DNA of 64,000 bases from Octopus sinensis (Eukaryota). Under the pieces are notes generated by a model that searched no databases, was not told where the DNA came from, and worked only from the letters and a program-made list of their open reading frames with translations. Location of the stretch: the NCBI RefSeq assembly GCF_006345805.1, contig NW_021833304.1:11464-75463 (forward strand), written 5' to 3'. The stretch's first letter is position 1. The number at the start of each line of letters is the position of its first letter. Below, one piece after another: positions 43,072 to 56,284 of this stretch. A program made the position numbers and the translations under genes.

Positions 43072-43944
43072 GTAATAATAATAATAATAACAACATTATA
43101 TATTCTTATAATAATGATGACTCTTTAAATCGCTAGATTCATTATTGTCACTCAACATCTAATTCATTTAAGATGTCTACTTCCACACATTAGACAATAA
43201 TCCCTCATTTAATATTTCGTATTCTATTATTTATCACATACTTAACATAACTGAAATCTTTTACATCGAAAGCTTTATTTACTTTTCCTCCTGTTCCGAT
43301 AGAAAAAAAAGAATAAAGCGGAAACCTCACAATTTGCAAATGGAATTAAAGACGAAAACCACTCGGGAATTAAGGGACATTATTAATGAGGAATCTCGTA
43401 CAATTGATTCTAAACACCCTGTAATTCTGCGACACGAGGATATTCAATAAAACTAATTTAATTATTAACACAATTTTGATTTTAAAAAAAGGGGATTACT
43501 TGAAGAATTAGCGAAATTACAATACTTAAATATCATCTTTGGACATTGTTGCGTTGTTTGTTTATTTTTGAGAGAATTCCATAAAGGGGGAGACATTCAA
43601 AGATTCTAAAAGACTAAGAATTATAGTTGGATCACTTGAGAATTTATACAAGATTCTGTGAAAGAAAAGATGTCTGTATTTTGGTTGGAATTAATAACGA
43701 TTTCATCACATTTTTTTTATTTCCCATTATATTATTGTGTATGACGCTTATGTGAATCTAAGAACCGTATGTGGTTAAAAAGTCACATAGAGAATGGTTT
43801 GGGCTTCATTCTCATTGAGTGGTATTTTGGGCAGGTGGCTTCTGTTGGAGCTGCGAACCGACCACTGCCTTGTGGCTGAACTTGATATATATACGTACGC
43901 ACACACACACGCATACACTCATATATAGTTGGAATTTACAAAAG

Positions 43945-44090
43945 AATAAACAAAACAAAAGACGAAGGTTGGTGTGTAAACAATAGACAGATGTATTATT
44001 TTAATTCTCGCGAAGTGAGAAAGTCTTTTAGGTTTCGAGCCTACGCTCTTCAACAGAAAGGATCACAGAAATAAACAGAGAGAGAAAAAT
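43945..44090 (-). mobile_element. pLTR-like repeat, family 1
   Basis: Paralogue of 2745-2915. Confidence 0.55.
44021..44060 (-). ncRNA. Degenerate hammerhead-like motif (family 1)
   Basis: Minus strand cttt-CTGTTGA-a-gagc(gtag)gctc-GAAA-ccTA-aaagac. Confidence 0.45.
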
Positions 44091-44739
44091 AAAAATAAAT
44101 ATATATATACACAGATACACACACACACACACAAACACATATCTTTGTGCTTTTGTGTGTATGTGCGTATATTTGTGCCTGTGTCTGCCCCCAAACAATG
44201 CTTGGTGTGTTTACGTTCCCGTAAATTAGCGATTCAGCAAAAGGGACGGATATAATAATGTATGAGTCTTAAAAAAAGATATACTGCTGTCGATTCCTTC
44301 GACTAAAAGTCTTCATGGTGGTGTCCCAGCATGGCCGCAGTCTAATGCGTGCAACAAGTAAAAGATATCAGCTGATTAAACACTGCAGTGTGTTGTCGTT
44401 TGTGTCAAGACAACAGTTGCAATGCCTGGGGTGGAGTTGCTTCTACACAGTGATGATGCAGAGAAAGAGAGATGGAGAGAGAGAAGGGGAGAGAGACAGA
44501 CATAGTGAGTGAGAGAGAGAGGTGGACGGGGGAGAGGGGTAGAATGAGCTTTAGATGGTAAGAAGATGAGAAGAAAAGCCAGAAATGTTTCAAGTGTGCA
44601 AATAGAAATGATAAGCAATTAAGTCGTGAGAGAAAGAAGAAAAACAACTTCGGAAATTGGATTAGATTAAGAAACGTTTCGTATGATATTTTCTCAATAT
44701 ACGTACGGCGCTGATGTGAAATGGGGAATGACGTCATTC

Positions 44740-45037
44740 AGACAGAGGCTATGATGATGATAATGATGGTGACGACGATGATGATGACGACGATGATAAT
44801 GACGATGATGATGATAATGATGATGATAATGACGATGATGATGATAATGATGATGAGGATGACGATGATGATGAATATGATGATGAAGATGATGATGATG
44901 AGGAAGATGATGATGGATGATGATGATGAAGATGATGATGGTGATGATAATTATGACGACGACGATGACGATGATAACTATCAATGACGGTAATGATGAC
45001 GATGGTGATGGTGATGATGGTGATGATGATGATGGTT

Positions 45038-45069
<32 letters not shown>

Positions 45070-45170
45070 GATGACCACGACGACGATAATGACTATCAAT
45101 GATGAGAATAACGACGATGAAGCTGGTAATGATGATGATGATGATGATGATAATGACGATGTTGAGGAGG
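44740..45170. repeat. (GAT/GAC)n imperfect; also 42895-43095 (AAT/GAT) and 52800-52915 (GAT)
   Basis: Direct reading. Confidence 0.95.
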
Positions 45171-45669
45171 AGGAGGTGGAGAATGAAGGTACGTCTTTTA
45201 TTGTAATCACTACAGTGCTGGTAATGACGATTGTTCTGATGACAAGGTTGGTGATGGTCAAAAGGCAGGAGATTGATTCTACGAAAATCTAGAAAAACAA
45301 AAATTCTATTGTTTAGCATCAAAGAACGGTAGATGTCAAGAAACAATGGGCAAATTCGTTAAAGATACTAAATTCGGAAACGGCGGAGTGTGTATATGTG
45401 TGGTGGGGAGACGGGGTTATGATTTGTGATGGAAGAAAATGTTTTATTATATAAAAATGGCTTAAGTAGATGTTTCTTCTTTGTCAAAGAAACATTCTCT
45501 TTCAATTTCGACGTTTTAATATAGACGTTCTAGTAAAACAACGAATTATGGCTTAGATAATGCTCGTCTGTAGAAATTGCTACATTTTATGTAGATAAAT
45601 ATGCATGGTAAGACACATGTATATGTAAGCGTGTGTATATGTTTATATATATATTCTTTATAACATATA

Positions 45670-46275
45670 TATATCTTGCTTCCAAATCACATGATTCCGT
45701 GTTCAGTCTCACTGCGTGGAACCTGGGCGAGTGTTTTTTACTATAGCCTCTGGCCGACCAAACCCTTGTGAATATATATATGTACTAGGCTTAGAAAGTA
45801 TAAGTCCTGGGGTTGATTTGTTCGACTAAAGGCGGTCCTCGAGCATGGCCGCAGTCAAATGAATGAAACAAGTAAAAGAATTAAAGAATAAAAGAATACA
45901 TCTTTTAGTTATTTCAGTCGCTGGAATGCTGCCATGCTGGAGCACGGCTTTGAAGTATTCTAGTCTTCTTTAAATCTTGGTAGCTTTGCTATCCGTCGCT
46001 TTTGCCGAACCACTAAGATAACACTACGTAAACACAACAGCACCTGTTGTCAAGTACTGGTGGGGGACAAACACAAATTCAAACACACACACACACTCAC
46101 ACACATATGTATGGCAGGCTTCTTTCAGTTTCCGTCAACCAAATCCATTCACAAGACTTTAGTCTGTCTGATGTTATAGTAGAAAACATTTGCTCAAGGC
46201 GCCACGCAATGGGACCGAACACGGAACCATGTGGTTGGGAAGCAAGTTTCTTACCACACAACTACGCCTGCCCCT
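45670..46275. mobile_element. Tail-to-tail family B SINE pair (+ 45670-45900, - 45905-46275)
   Basis: Head and tail motifs on opposite strands. Confidence 0.85.
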
Positions 46276-46523
46276 ATGATATACACAGATAAATACTAGA
46301 ATAGGATGTAATTTCAATTGCGCTTAAATATTACAGTTTATTAATCGATATTTTATAGTTTATATTTTGCTTTGTATAGTCCCGTATACAAATTAATATA
46401 CAGACAGGAAACAAGAGCGTTGGATAAAATGCTTTACAATATTTATACCGGATGTTTATCTTCTCAATTCAAACCCCACCGATGTCAGCTCTGTCTCCCA
46501 TCCAGCTTAAAATTCTGTTTAAA

Positions 46524-46950
46524 TACTTGGGTTGGTGCAATCAATTAAACCCTTCTTCAAAAAGATACTGGACAATTTAGTATGGACATATTAAATTTAT
46601 GGTAGAAATCCTCTAATTTCATTTAGTTGTCCACTATTTTCCAAAGCGATTCGTCGTTGTCGCTTTTATCTGAAACACTTATCCGGAAGCAAACAAGATT
46701 TATTCTCCAATCGCTTTGACTTAACAATGACTAATTGGATTAGACAACTTCTGAAAATATCAGAGACAACATATTTTAAAAGTTTTATTCCATTCTCCTT
46801 CAGGAAATCATTGCATTGAAACCCGCAGTTCGGCTTTGCTTACACACATCGATAGCGAATTATCCGGTTCAAATATCGTCACGTGTTACTACTTGTGACG
46901 TACAAGCAATTCTACTGGTTTGTCTTGACTGTCCCCAAATACGGTTACGG
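46524..46950 (-). mobile_element. Tc1-like transposase C-terminal remnant
   Basis: Minus strand IFEPDNSL (cf. IFQQDNAP), DFLKENGIKLL, IVKSKRLENK; TIR-like ttgggttggtgcaa at 46527. Confidence 0.5.
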
Positions 46951-47902
46951 TCAGGAAAATCTTAAAATTTAAACCTTTAATAAGGGAAATGCTCATCCGA
47001 CAACACATTGTGCTCATCGTTGAAAGAAATAATACCGTTTAACATATAGGGCTTCATAACAAAGCGACTCTTTATAAAAAGTTAATACAGGCCTTAATTG
47101 CATAACAAACAGACTTCTACAGTATATATATATATATATACATATATGTAAGTGCATTTGATTAAACTGACAATTTCCAAGGTGTGCAAGTATCCCCTTG
47201 CCACGCCCCGGGAATAGGCCGCAAGTTAGAGCTGATGAAACTTGGCCTTTAAGTGTCGTCAATGGTGCTGCTTTTGAGAAGGCACAAAGTAAGAATATGT
47301 ACCACAAAGAATCTCATCCAGTCGGTGAGTAGTTTCACCAATCAACCACCCTCGATTCTTGTTTATCTTTTATCGATGTGGAAAATGTGAAAGGCAAGTT
47401 GATCCTGTTGGGATTTGAAATCGAAAACTCTCGGCACTTGAGTTCCTTATTTAGCTTCACAGCCAAGACAAAGCGTTCTATACATAAGTATACGTCACAA
47501 ATATTTACATCAAAGAACAAACGCAAAACATAACATACATGCATCTACATAATACGCACACATCTATCCACGAATACACACATTTATGTATATACACATA
47601 TGTATATATGTAGTCTCACGTTGACATATATACACAGGGTTCGATGCACGCATGTGTTTATGCAGTCTTTCAATACAATAAAATTATATTAATATTTTTT
47701 CTAAACAATTCAAATTATTTTTACAAGGGAGTTCGTGCCATTTTTTCATCCTTCGACACCCTCATACTACAGTCAGAGAGATTCATCGATCTCTCTATTT
47801 CTCCTCTCTACCCACGTTTTCGTCTTCATTTTTCTTGGTTTTGTATCGATTACTCGACTCAAATCATGAATTGAAACGATACGAATGCCATCACGTTCCC
47901 TT

Positions 47903-47946
<44 letters not shown>

Positions 47947-48134
47947 TCTCTTTCTCTCTCCCTGTTTCTTCTTCATGTTATCTGTCTTTCTCTCTAGTTA
48001 GATATCCAATCCTTTTTCTCTTTCACTTCTTATTTTTCAGAACGATACCCAAAACGTATATTCATAAACAATTTTATGATATATATGAAGACATCACGAA
48101 ATTTCGGGCTCCATTCATCATTTAATTATTAGAT

Positions 48135-48163
48135 TATTATAATCATTATTATTATCATTATTA

Positions 48164-48216
<53 letters not shown>

Positions 48217-48222
48217 TATTAA

Positions 48223-48310
<88 letters not shown>

Positions 48311-48323
48311 GTTATTATTATTA

Positions 48324-48355
<32 letters not shown>

Positions 48356-48368
48356 GTTATTATTATTA

Positions 48369-48408
<40 letters not shown>

Positions 48409-48460
48409 TATTATTGTTATTATTATTATCATAATTATTATTATTATATTATTATTATTA

Positions 48461-48512
<52 letters not shown>

Positions 48513-48532
48513 TATTATTGTTATTATTATTA

Positions 48533-48596
<64 letters not shown>

Positions 48597-48600
48597 ATTT
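48135..48600. repeat. (ATT)n, about 460 bp
   Basis: Direct reading. Confidence 0.95.
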
Positions 48601-49775
48601 ACTGGATAATTTAAAAACAAAATTAATTTACTTTTAATATTCTATGATCAACTGTGCGGATATAAAAATAAAATAACTGTATCACAAGATGTTATTCCCA
48701 GGAATAATAAATCGATTTCTTTATTTCTTATATATATATATACATACATACGTCCATATACACATATGTGCATGCATACATACATACATATATACATACA
48801 TACATATATACACATACATATACATATATACATATATTTTTTATATATATTTTTAAAAAAACATATTTATATATTTCATCTTATTTTAGAATAATGGATT
48901 ATGGTTTTGGGAGGAATCGACCATAAAAAATAATGTTCTAACACCGAAACTGTATATTGTATTTTTATCGATATTGATGTTGTGATTTTCTTTTTCTTTT
49001 TTTTCTTGTTATTGTTATTGTTATTGTTGTTGGTGTGCTTAGTAAGCATTAAATTAAAGAGAAAAAAAGGAGAAAAAATAAGACGCATCTCTCCCTTAGT
49101 ATTATTGAATAACAATAGAAATAATTCTGTGAGATCAGACGCGTGGTGCCTATCACACGAACTTTTTAAGTGTTTTATGATTATTTAAATATCGCCTCAG
49201 CATTTTATTCTGCTAGTTGGGAATATTTTAGCTTCATTTTCCAATAGTCTGGATTCAGATGTTTCCCAAAACGTTACTTTTGGGCATTCTACGTTATGAT
49301 TATATATATATTTTTTTATTACGCTGCCATATTTTTTTTGTTTTTATGTGCGTAATATTGTTTTCAACCGTTTCAATTTTCTTCACCTCATAATATCTGT
49401 GAGTGATGAGCAACAAACTTATATAATGTTGGGGACAGGGAACCAATAACATTTGCTTTAAGTCTTGGACCAATAACCATGAAAGAAAAGAAACGAGAAA
49501 AAATTATGCTTAGTTAATTACTTTTAATACTATCAAAGAAAAGCGGCGACCACCTCCTATGAGACAAGCTTCAATGCAGTCATATATCTATCTTCCACGG
49601 TATATCAGAAAAATGTTTTCAGTATGGATTTGGTATTTTATGAATGATATGCACGCCTACCATTTCTCTCCTTCTATCTCTCTGTACACACATAAACACA
49701 CACCCACTGTCTCTCACACACACATATATATTTACACACTCTTGTGCGCATATGTACGCGTGTGCATACTTATAG

Positions 49776-49833
<58 letters not shown>

Positions 49834-49919
49834 GTAGTTATATTGTCTTAAACTGAAATGTTTAAAACTTTAATCTAAAGTCTTTACACTATTTATCAAA
49901 ATAGCTATACGTTTGAGTG

Positions 49920-49971
<52 letters not shown>

Positions 49972-50324
49972 GTATACAAATTTAATGTATAATATATGAG
50001 CTTATCTAATCTGGGGTAACTCAAAAAAGTTCCCTTAGTGGACAAGCCTACAAAGCACATAGTAATCAATACATAGGGGTGTATTGTATGGTTCAAATCA
50101 CTAAATCCAATGAGTATATTTTTCATGTGTATATTGGAGTTGAAGAATTGATTTGACCATGATCTTCTGTGGAGCTGAAGGGCTAGCCTTCAATACCTGT
50201 ATTAGCTTATAAAATCTATATTATTAAGATATAATTTATAGGCATTTGAAATCGCTTACAGAATATTAAGTCACGATCAACACACTTTTTCTTCTTTTCT
50301 TATTGTCTTATTTCTTATTTTCTA

Positions 50325-51045
50325 GATAGCCGGTCGCTTGACTGTTCAAGAGCGAGCTAAGGGAGAAGCCCAATATGAAGTTTGGAATTCTATTGTTTTG
50401 GTTCAGAGATGGTGGCATGCAACACTACGTGCGGAGACAATACAATGTCATGCAAAGGTCATCACCGCAGGCTCTGTAAATGATTCTATTCAACCATATC
50501 CCGATCAGCAGAGAACGTGGCAACAGTTCAGGCAATGTTTAATCGCAGCCAGAAATAATCAACATATCGAGCAGCTCGTCAAAGAGGACTAACAAGACAC
50601 ACAATACGTACGTTGTTGCATAAGGAATTTAATGTTCGTCCGTGGACCCCACCTTACGTGCAGGAGGTAAAACCTGAAGACTGTGACCGCAGAAGTACAG
50701 ATGTCCTGAACTCCAAGAAGTTCAGATCTCAGTCCATGTTATTTTTACCTGTGGTGTTACACAAACAACGAAGTGTAGAAGACAAAACCTCGCACGCAGG
50801 AGGACATCGAGACACGGATTCAGGACGCTCTGAATGATATCCCAGACGACGTTCTTCACAAGGTTGTTCATTGTATTCCTGGCCGTTTGAGGAAGCTGGT
50901 TGACACCAGCGGTCAATGTGAAGATTTACTTTCATTTTTCCATGTAATAAGGAACACGTATCATTTATTTCAATAAATTTGTAAAAGGAATAAGTATTTT
51001 AGAGCAAATTTTAATGGTTACTTACTTTTCATCCAGCCTGTATAC
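50325..51045 (+). mobile_element. Internally deleted Tc1/mariner-superfamily transposon
   Basis: N-terminal LTVQERAK..YEVWNSIVLVQRWW and RPWTPPYVQEVKPEDCDRR, joined to C-terminal KPRTQEDIETRIQDALNDIPDDVLHKVVHCIPGRLRKLVDTSG. Ends in TIR-like ttacttttcatccagcctgTA. Confidence 0.75.
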
Positions 51046-51298
51046 TAGTCTAAACATGTAAAATAATTTATTATAAGCTAAGATAAATTATTTTTTCATG
51101 ATGTAGGCTGCGAAATGATGATAATTTTATGGTAAAATAGATATATTCCTCTCACACCACCTGACTTTCTTTATACACACATATTCCGTGTGTATGTGTA
51201 TGCGTATGTATGTATATGTATATATATATACATATATATATATATGTATATATACACATATATATATATACATATATATATATATATTATATATATAT

Positions 51299-51341
<43 letters not shown>

Positions 51342-51575
51342 TATACATACACAGAGAGAGAGGTTATGAGAGGTAATGGTGTCAATGAGACCCAAACGTG
51401 TCAGGTAATCCTGAATAAGTGCTACAGATGGACCGCAGGTAAGTTCCAGGTTCGGTGATTATGCGAATAAGGGGTTCAACGTTGGTCATATGTCAGCGTG
51501 GGTATATAAAAATTATTTCATAATGAGATAAAAAAAAACAAGGCTATGTAGATTTTAGAACATTTATAGACAGAA

Positions 51576-51624
51576 GGTCTTACAGCTGTTTCCAGGATAT
51601 TTATTATATCCCTTCATCAGAAAC
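51576..51624 (-). ncRNA. Minimal type I hammerhead ribozyme motif (family 3), intact core
   Basis: Minus strand reads gttt-CTGATGA-a-gggatat(aataa)atatcct-g-GAAA-cagctg-TA-agac. Stem I GUUU/AGAC, 7-bp stem II, palindromic ACAGCUGU stem III, GUA cleavage triplet. Confidence 0.75.
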
Positions 51625-52314
51625 GGTGTGAGAGGATGGTTAAGAAATAGTTAATTTAGATAAGATATAAAATAGAGAGTGAGGTGGAGGAAAGAAAATA
51701 GATGTGAGATATGCAGGGATATTGTATTTTTTAGACAGAATAGTATGCATATAATATTCCAATACCTTATTGAGTAAAATCCAATAGAATTTAAAATTGT
51801 TCATGCCAAGTGTGAATTTATACACAGTGTTATTGAGTCCGGGGCTGTGATTAAAGTGACCTTTTAGGCAAAATGGTATACATATAATATTCCAATACCT
51901 TATGAGTAAAATCCAGTAGAATTTAAACTTGGTCATTCCAAGTATAGGATGTTATTGAATCTAGTGTTATTGAATCCAGAGTTGTGATTAAAGTGACCTA
52001 AATTTAGGGAGTCTATTTGTAGGGTGAAATCGAAAACAGGAAGAGAAGAATGGAGAAAGAGAAAAACAAAAGAAAAAATAGAAAAAAGAGGGAATAAGGG
52101 GAGGAGAGTAAGAAGAAAAATATTAAAATAACAAAATAATATAATAAAACATAAAAAACAAGAAGAGAAGAATAAAGGAAAGAAAGAAAAAATATGGATC
52201 TACAAATGCAATATCCCTACATATCTCACATTCTATTTTCTTTTCTTTCCTACACCTCACTCGCTATTTTATATCTTATCTAAATTAACTATTTCTTAAC
52301 CATCCTCTCACACT

Positions 52315-52362
52315 GTCTCCGATGAAGGAATATAATAAATATCCTGGAAACAGCTGTAAAAC
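52315..52362 (+). ncRNA. Minimal hammerhead motif (family 3), U4C variant core
   Basis: gtct-CCGATGA-aggaatataataaatatcctg-GAAA-cagctg-TA-aacc; inverted copy of the 51.6 kb motif. Confidence 0.6.
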
Positions 52363-52469
52363 CTTCTATCTATGAATGTTCTAAAATCTACACAGTCCTG
52401 TTTATTTATAATTTATATATATATATATATACATGCATATATACACATTCCGCGGGCGCGTGCGTGTGA

Positions 52470-52501
<32 letters not shown>

Positions 52502-52815
52502 CAAGCACACATCCCGTGTGTGTGTTTGTGTGTGTGTGTGTGTGTGTTTGCGTGCGTGTGTGTGATGAGTGAAGAGAATTGTCACGGGTGTATGTGCAAA
52601 TAAACGGAAAATGTATTCGATACAGGGAGAAAAGTAAATTAATATTATTAGCTGCATCAGGCCTCTGCAACCACGCAATGGTGCGGTATATTTCTGACTG
52701 GGATACATGAACGTTATCGAGAAAAATAAATCCGAGCAAGGCATGTTGTTGTCTTCCTTGTTTCAGTCAGTAGGACGGCAGTAATGCCGGAACAGAAGAC
52801 GACGACGATGACGAC

Positions 52816-52862
<47 letters not shown>

Positions 52863-53041
52863 GGATGAGGATGATGATTATGATGACGATGATGATGATG
52901 ATGGTGACTGATGATGCAACCATTTTTTTAACTACATAAAACTATTGACCTTCTAATATATGTGTTAGATTGTAATGTATATGATGTATGCATGCAAGTA
53001 TATGCACATACACACACACATTCACACATACACACACACAC

Positions 53042-53073
<32 letters not shown>

Positions 53074-53211
53074 CCTTGTTGTATATATATAAAGTGTGTA
53101 TGTTTACATATATATGCACTTATATAGAAATACATATATGTGCATATGCATACAAACACACGCACAGATACACACACAAACACACACACTCACACACACA
53201 CACACACACAC

Positions 53212-53281
<70 letters not shown>

Positions 53282-54174
53282 GGCACGTTTATATAAAACA
53301 AACAGAAGCCTATTATAGAATAGAATTTTTTAAAGAATCAATGCCGTTCTTTATCACTCAGCGTATCGCTGGTGCAAACACATTTAACCTCGCTGAGTGT
53401 CTTAAAAATTGACAAAATTCCAAATACAGAAAATATGAATGTAAATAAAGAAAATATGTAATTGTATATTGATGTGCTTACCAAAATGATTTTCTGAACC
53501 ATATTAGACACGAAAATTAGAAATAATATAAAGCATATAAAAACGTAGTTTTTAGCTCCGCCATTGCATATATTGCCTCTACCATTTTGAAATGTAATAT
53601 ACGATTGAAAGAAGAGAAACCATGAGATGTCAGTTTATTTATCTATCTCATTTATCATTCTGCTTGTAAATAACAATTGTATTTCTGACGTTGAACGTGA
53701 AGCTAGTGAAACGTTATGGTTGAGCTAAACAAATACGAAATTAGCCTCTTCAGTCATGGAGGTCAAAAGTTTGTTTCCACCACGTAGTCAAATGCATTTG
53801 TCTGAATCTGTTGATCTGATGTCACCTGCCAATTATTCTCTGTTTGTTTACAACTTTGTAAATGATCTGTTATGTTATTACTGCAATATTATTAAGCCAG
53901 AAACAAACACTATTTATTTTTACTGATATCGCTTTCACACAAACTTTGATTTGAACTTTATTATTTGAAATTATATACTATTTCTGTCTGATTTTCCATA
54001 GGTTCTCTTTTCCATTGTTAGCTCCAGATAGTTGGTACCAAGTCCCCGCTGAACCCGGTTTCTTATCCTTAAAATATCTGGTCCATTTGTGATACTAATA
54101 CCTAGAGTCTGCATAAATGCCAAACGTCCTGAGTTCCTAAACTAAATGTCAACATTATTTCATTGTAGAAGACA

Positions 54175-55130
54175 GCAAACTCGTATAATCGTTAGCGGTA
54201 TTTCGTCCGTCATATCGTTCTGGGTTCAATTCGCTGAGATGGATTTTGCCTTTTATCCTTTCAGGGTCGATAAAATAAGTACCATTTGAACATGGCTGGT
54301 CGATGTAATCGACTTATCCCCTACATCAATATTGCTGGCTTTGTGCCAAAATTTGAAATCACTATTATTTCATTGTACATTGATAACTATCTCCGATTAT
54401 CATATCCCAAATAATTATTTCTTCTTTGGCACAAGACCTTGAAAAGTTTGGGGGAAGGGGGCTAGTCGATTACATCGACCCCAGTGCGTGACTGGTACTT
54501 ATGTCATCAACCCCGAAGGGATGAAGGACAAAGTCGACCTCGGCGGAATTTGAACTCAGAATGTAGCAACGAAATATCGCTAGGCATTTTCTCCGGTGTG
54601 CTAACGATTCTGCCAGATCACCTCCTCCATCGTATCCCAAATAATAATAATCGACTCAATTTATCGCCTAAAGTCGTTATGTCTGTCACCATTTGGTAAA
54701 TGTGTTTGCTTTTCTATGCATTTCTCTTAGTCACTCCCTCACGCTTTAGAGCCAAGGTGTCGCTTATACCACATCATTAGACTTTGTTCCATCTGTAGTT
54801 GATTCAAATTCTTTCCCTTAGTGTTACGTCATAACACAAATATGTTTCAGGAAGTCAAGAATACAGTCTCAAATATGTCTTTCAAGCAAAATATATTGTT
54901 GGGGTGGCCAGCTGGCAGATTGGTTAACCCACCGGGCGTAATGCTTACCGGTATTTCGTCTACCGTTACGTTCTGAGTTCAAATTCTATTGCGGTCGAGT
55001 TTGCCTTTCACCCTTTCGGGGTCGAGTAAATAAGTACCAGTTACGCACTGGGGTCGATGTAATCGACTTAATCCCTCTGTCTGTACTTGTTTGTCCCTCT
55101 ACATATTGCCCCTTGTTGGCAAAAAAATAA
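54175..55130. mobile_element. Cluster of three family A SINEs (+ 54175-54360, - 54425-54625, + 54903-55130)
   Basis: Diagnostic gtcgatgtaatcgact and gactttgcctttcatcctttcggggtcga motifs in both orientations. Confidence 0.85.
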
Positions 55131-55199
55131 TTATAATATTTAGTCTTCTCGAAATATTGAAATTGTTTATTTATTAAATAAAGTTTTAGATTAACACAG

Positions 55200-56000
55200 A
55201 AATTAGATCGTCGGTCAATCATTCAACGCTTAATGACGTCGAAGAGATAATTATTTGTCGAAAGAAGGCCAAATTACTGGCTAGGTTAGGCGACACATTT
55301 TCACCCTTTGTGGAATCGATTCGAGATAATTATTTTATCATTATCTCAGACAAGACAAAACTCTCTTGTGGGAATTCGAGTTCCAAATATAAAGGGTTAA
55401 AACTAAGTATTGCTACTCAGTGTTCTATAAACGGTATCAGCCTATCATCTTTAATAATTTCAGACATATTAAATACCTTGTTAATAACACCAGTCTATCA
55501 TATTTAACGTAGGAGAGAATATACGAAGCCATATTCTTAATCCAATTAATGAGATACGGTAAGAGATATTAATTTTTCGAATACCGATTTCATGCTGCTT
55601 AGGCTTTTGGCAATATTCTCTGTGTGTCAAAAAAAAAACCCTTTTCGAATCCTTCGTTCTCTACACCATTTGATGGTGGCGAATGACGCATAACAAAATC
55701 CTTTAATATATAGTTATTTCTGCAGGAATTTTCGTCACATATAATAAATCAGATGGGTTCTTGTTGCACTCCTTGGGATATTTTTTTTTATATAAGACAC
55801 CATCTTGCCTGCTGTTGTCCCGAGGCAAATTTTCAGAGAGGGAGAAGGAAATTATCGACATCAATACATGATAGATATGATAGATAGGATATTTACACTT
55901 CCGAAGTAGAACTCGACGGGATTTCAACTTAGAACGTTGAAATAAATATTGCTCAGAACACATTCTATCGCGCAACGAATTTACTGCGGTTCGATTATTC
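55200..56000 (-). pseudogene. Degenerate Penelope-like reverse transcriptase fragment
   Basis: Frameshifted minus-strand peptides in the expected order: NPSDLLYVTKIP (cf. FYGLPKIHK), ILSYVKYD (cf. SYIKDT), FPQESFVLSEIMIK and TKGENVSPNLASNLAFF (cf. AMGTKVAPTYANL). Confidence 0.45.
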
Positions 56001-56284
56001 GAGGAAAGCACTCATGTGGGAGAGCACACATGTGGGAAAGGAAATATTATGACCTAATTCTTATATGAGAAAGCCGTATTCCTTTCTCTTGGGGCACTTA
56101 GCATAATACTTGCTGACTAAGCCTGACAGACGACCTCACAGAGCTTCTCATATTTTAGAAGGATATGAAAAGTGGGATGTTCAGCGGTTCATGCGTTCAT
56201 TTTAATTAATCGATTTTCATTAATTAATTGACTTTCATTTTTAGTCTACTAATTACAATCTTTCCCTTTATAACTTAATATTAT

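Larger units (their letters stand above)
51380..52410 (-). mobile_element. Non-autonomous or truncated Penelope-like element with inverted HHR-bearing pLTR arms
   Basis: Approximately 200-bp inverted arms at 51535-51730 and 52195-52405, about 90% identical by eye, each with an HHR. Internal tandem dimer with period about 133 bp (51748-51861, 51881-51998). The left flank is homologous to the left flank of the 29.7 kb copy. Confidence 0.7.

Noticed and set aside
51439-51444. Strong donor CAG|GTAAGT
   Set aside because: It lies in the Penelope-like tail segment, and the homologous 29.7 kb copy lacks it.
52562-52700. C/D snoRNA-like GTGATGA..CTGA (also near 49393 and 51117)
   Set aside because: No terminal stem, wrong spacing or missing D box; expected by chance.
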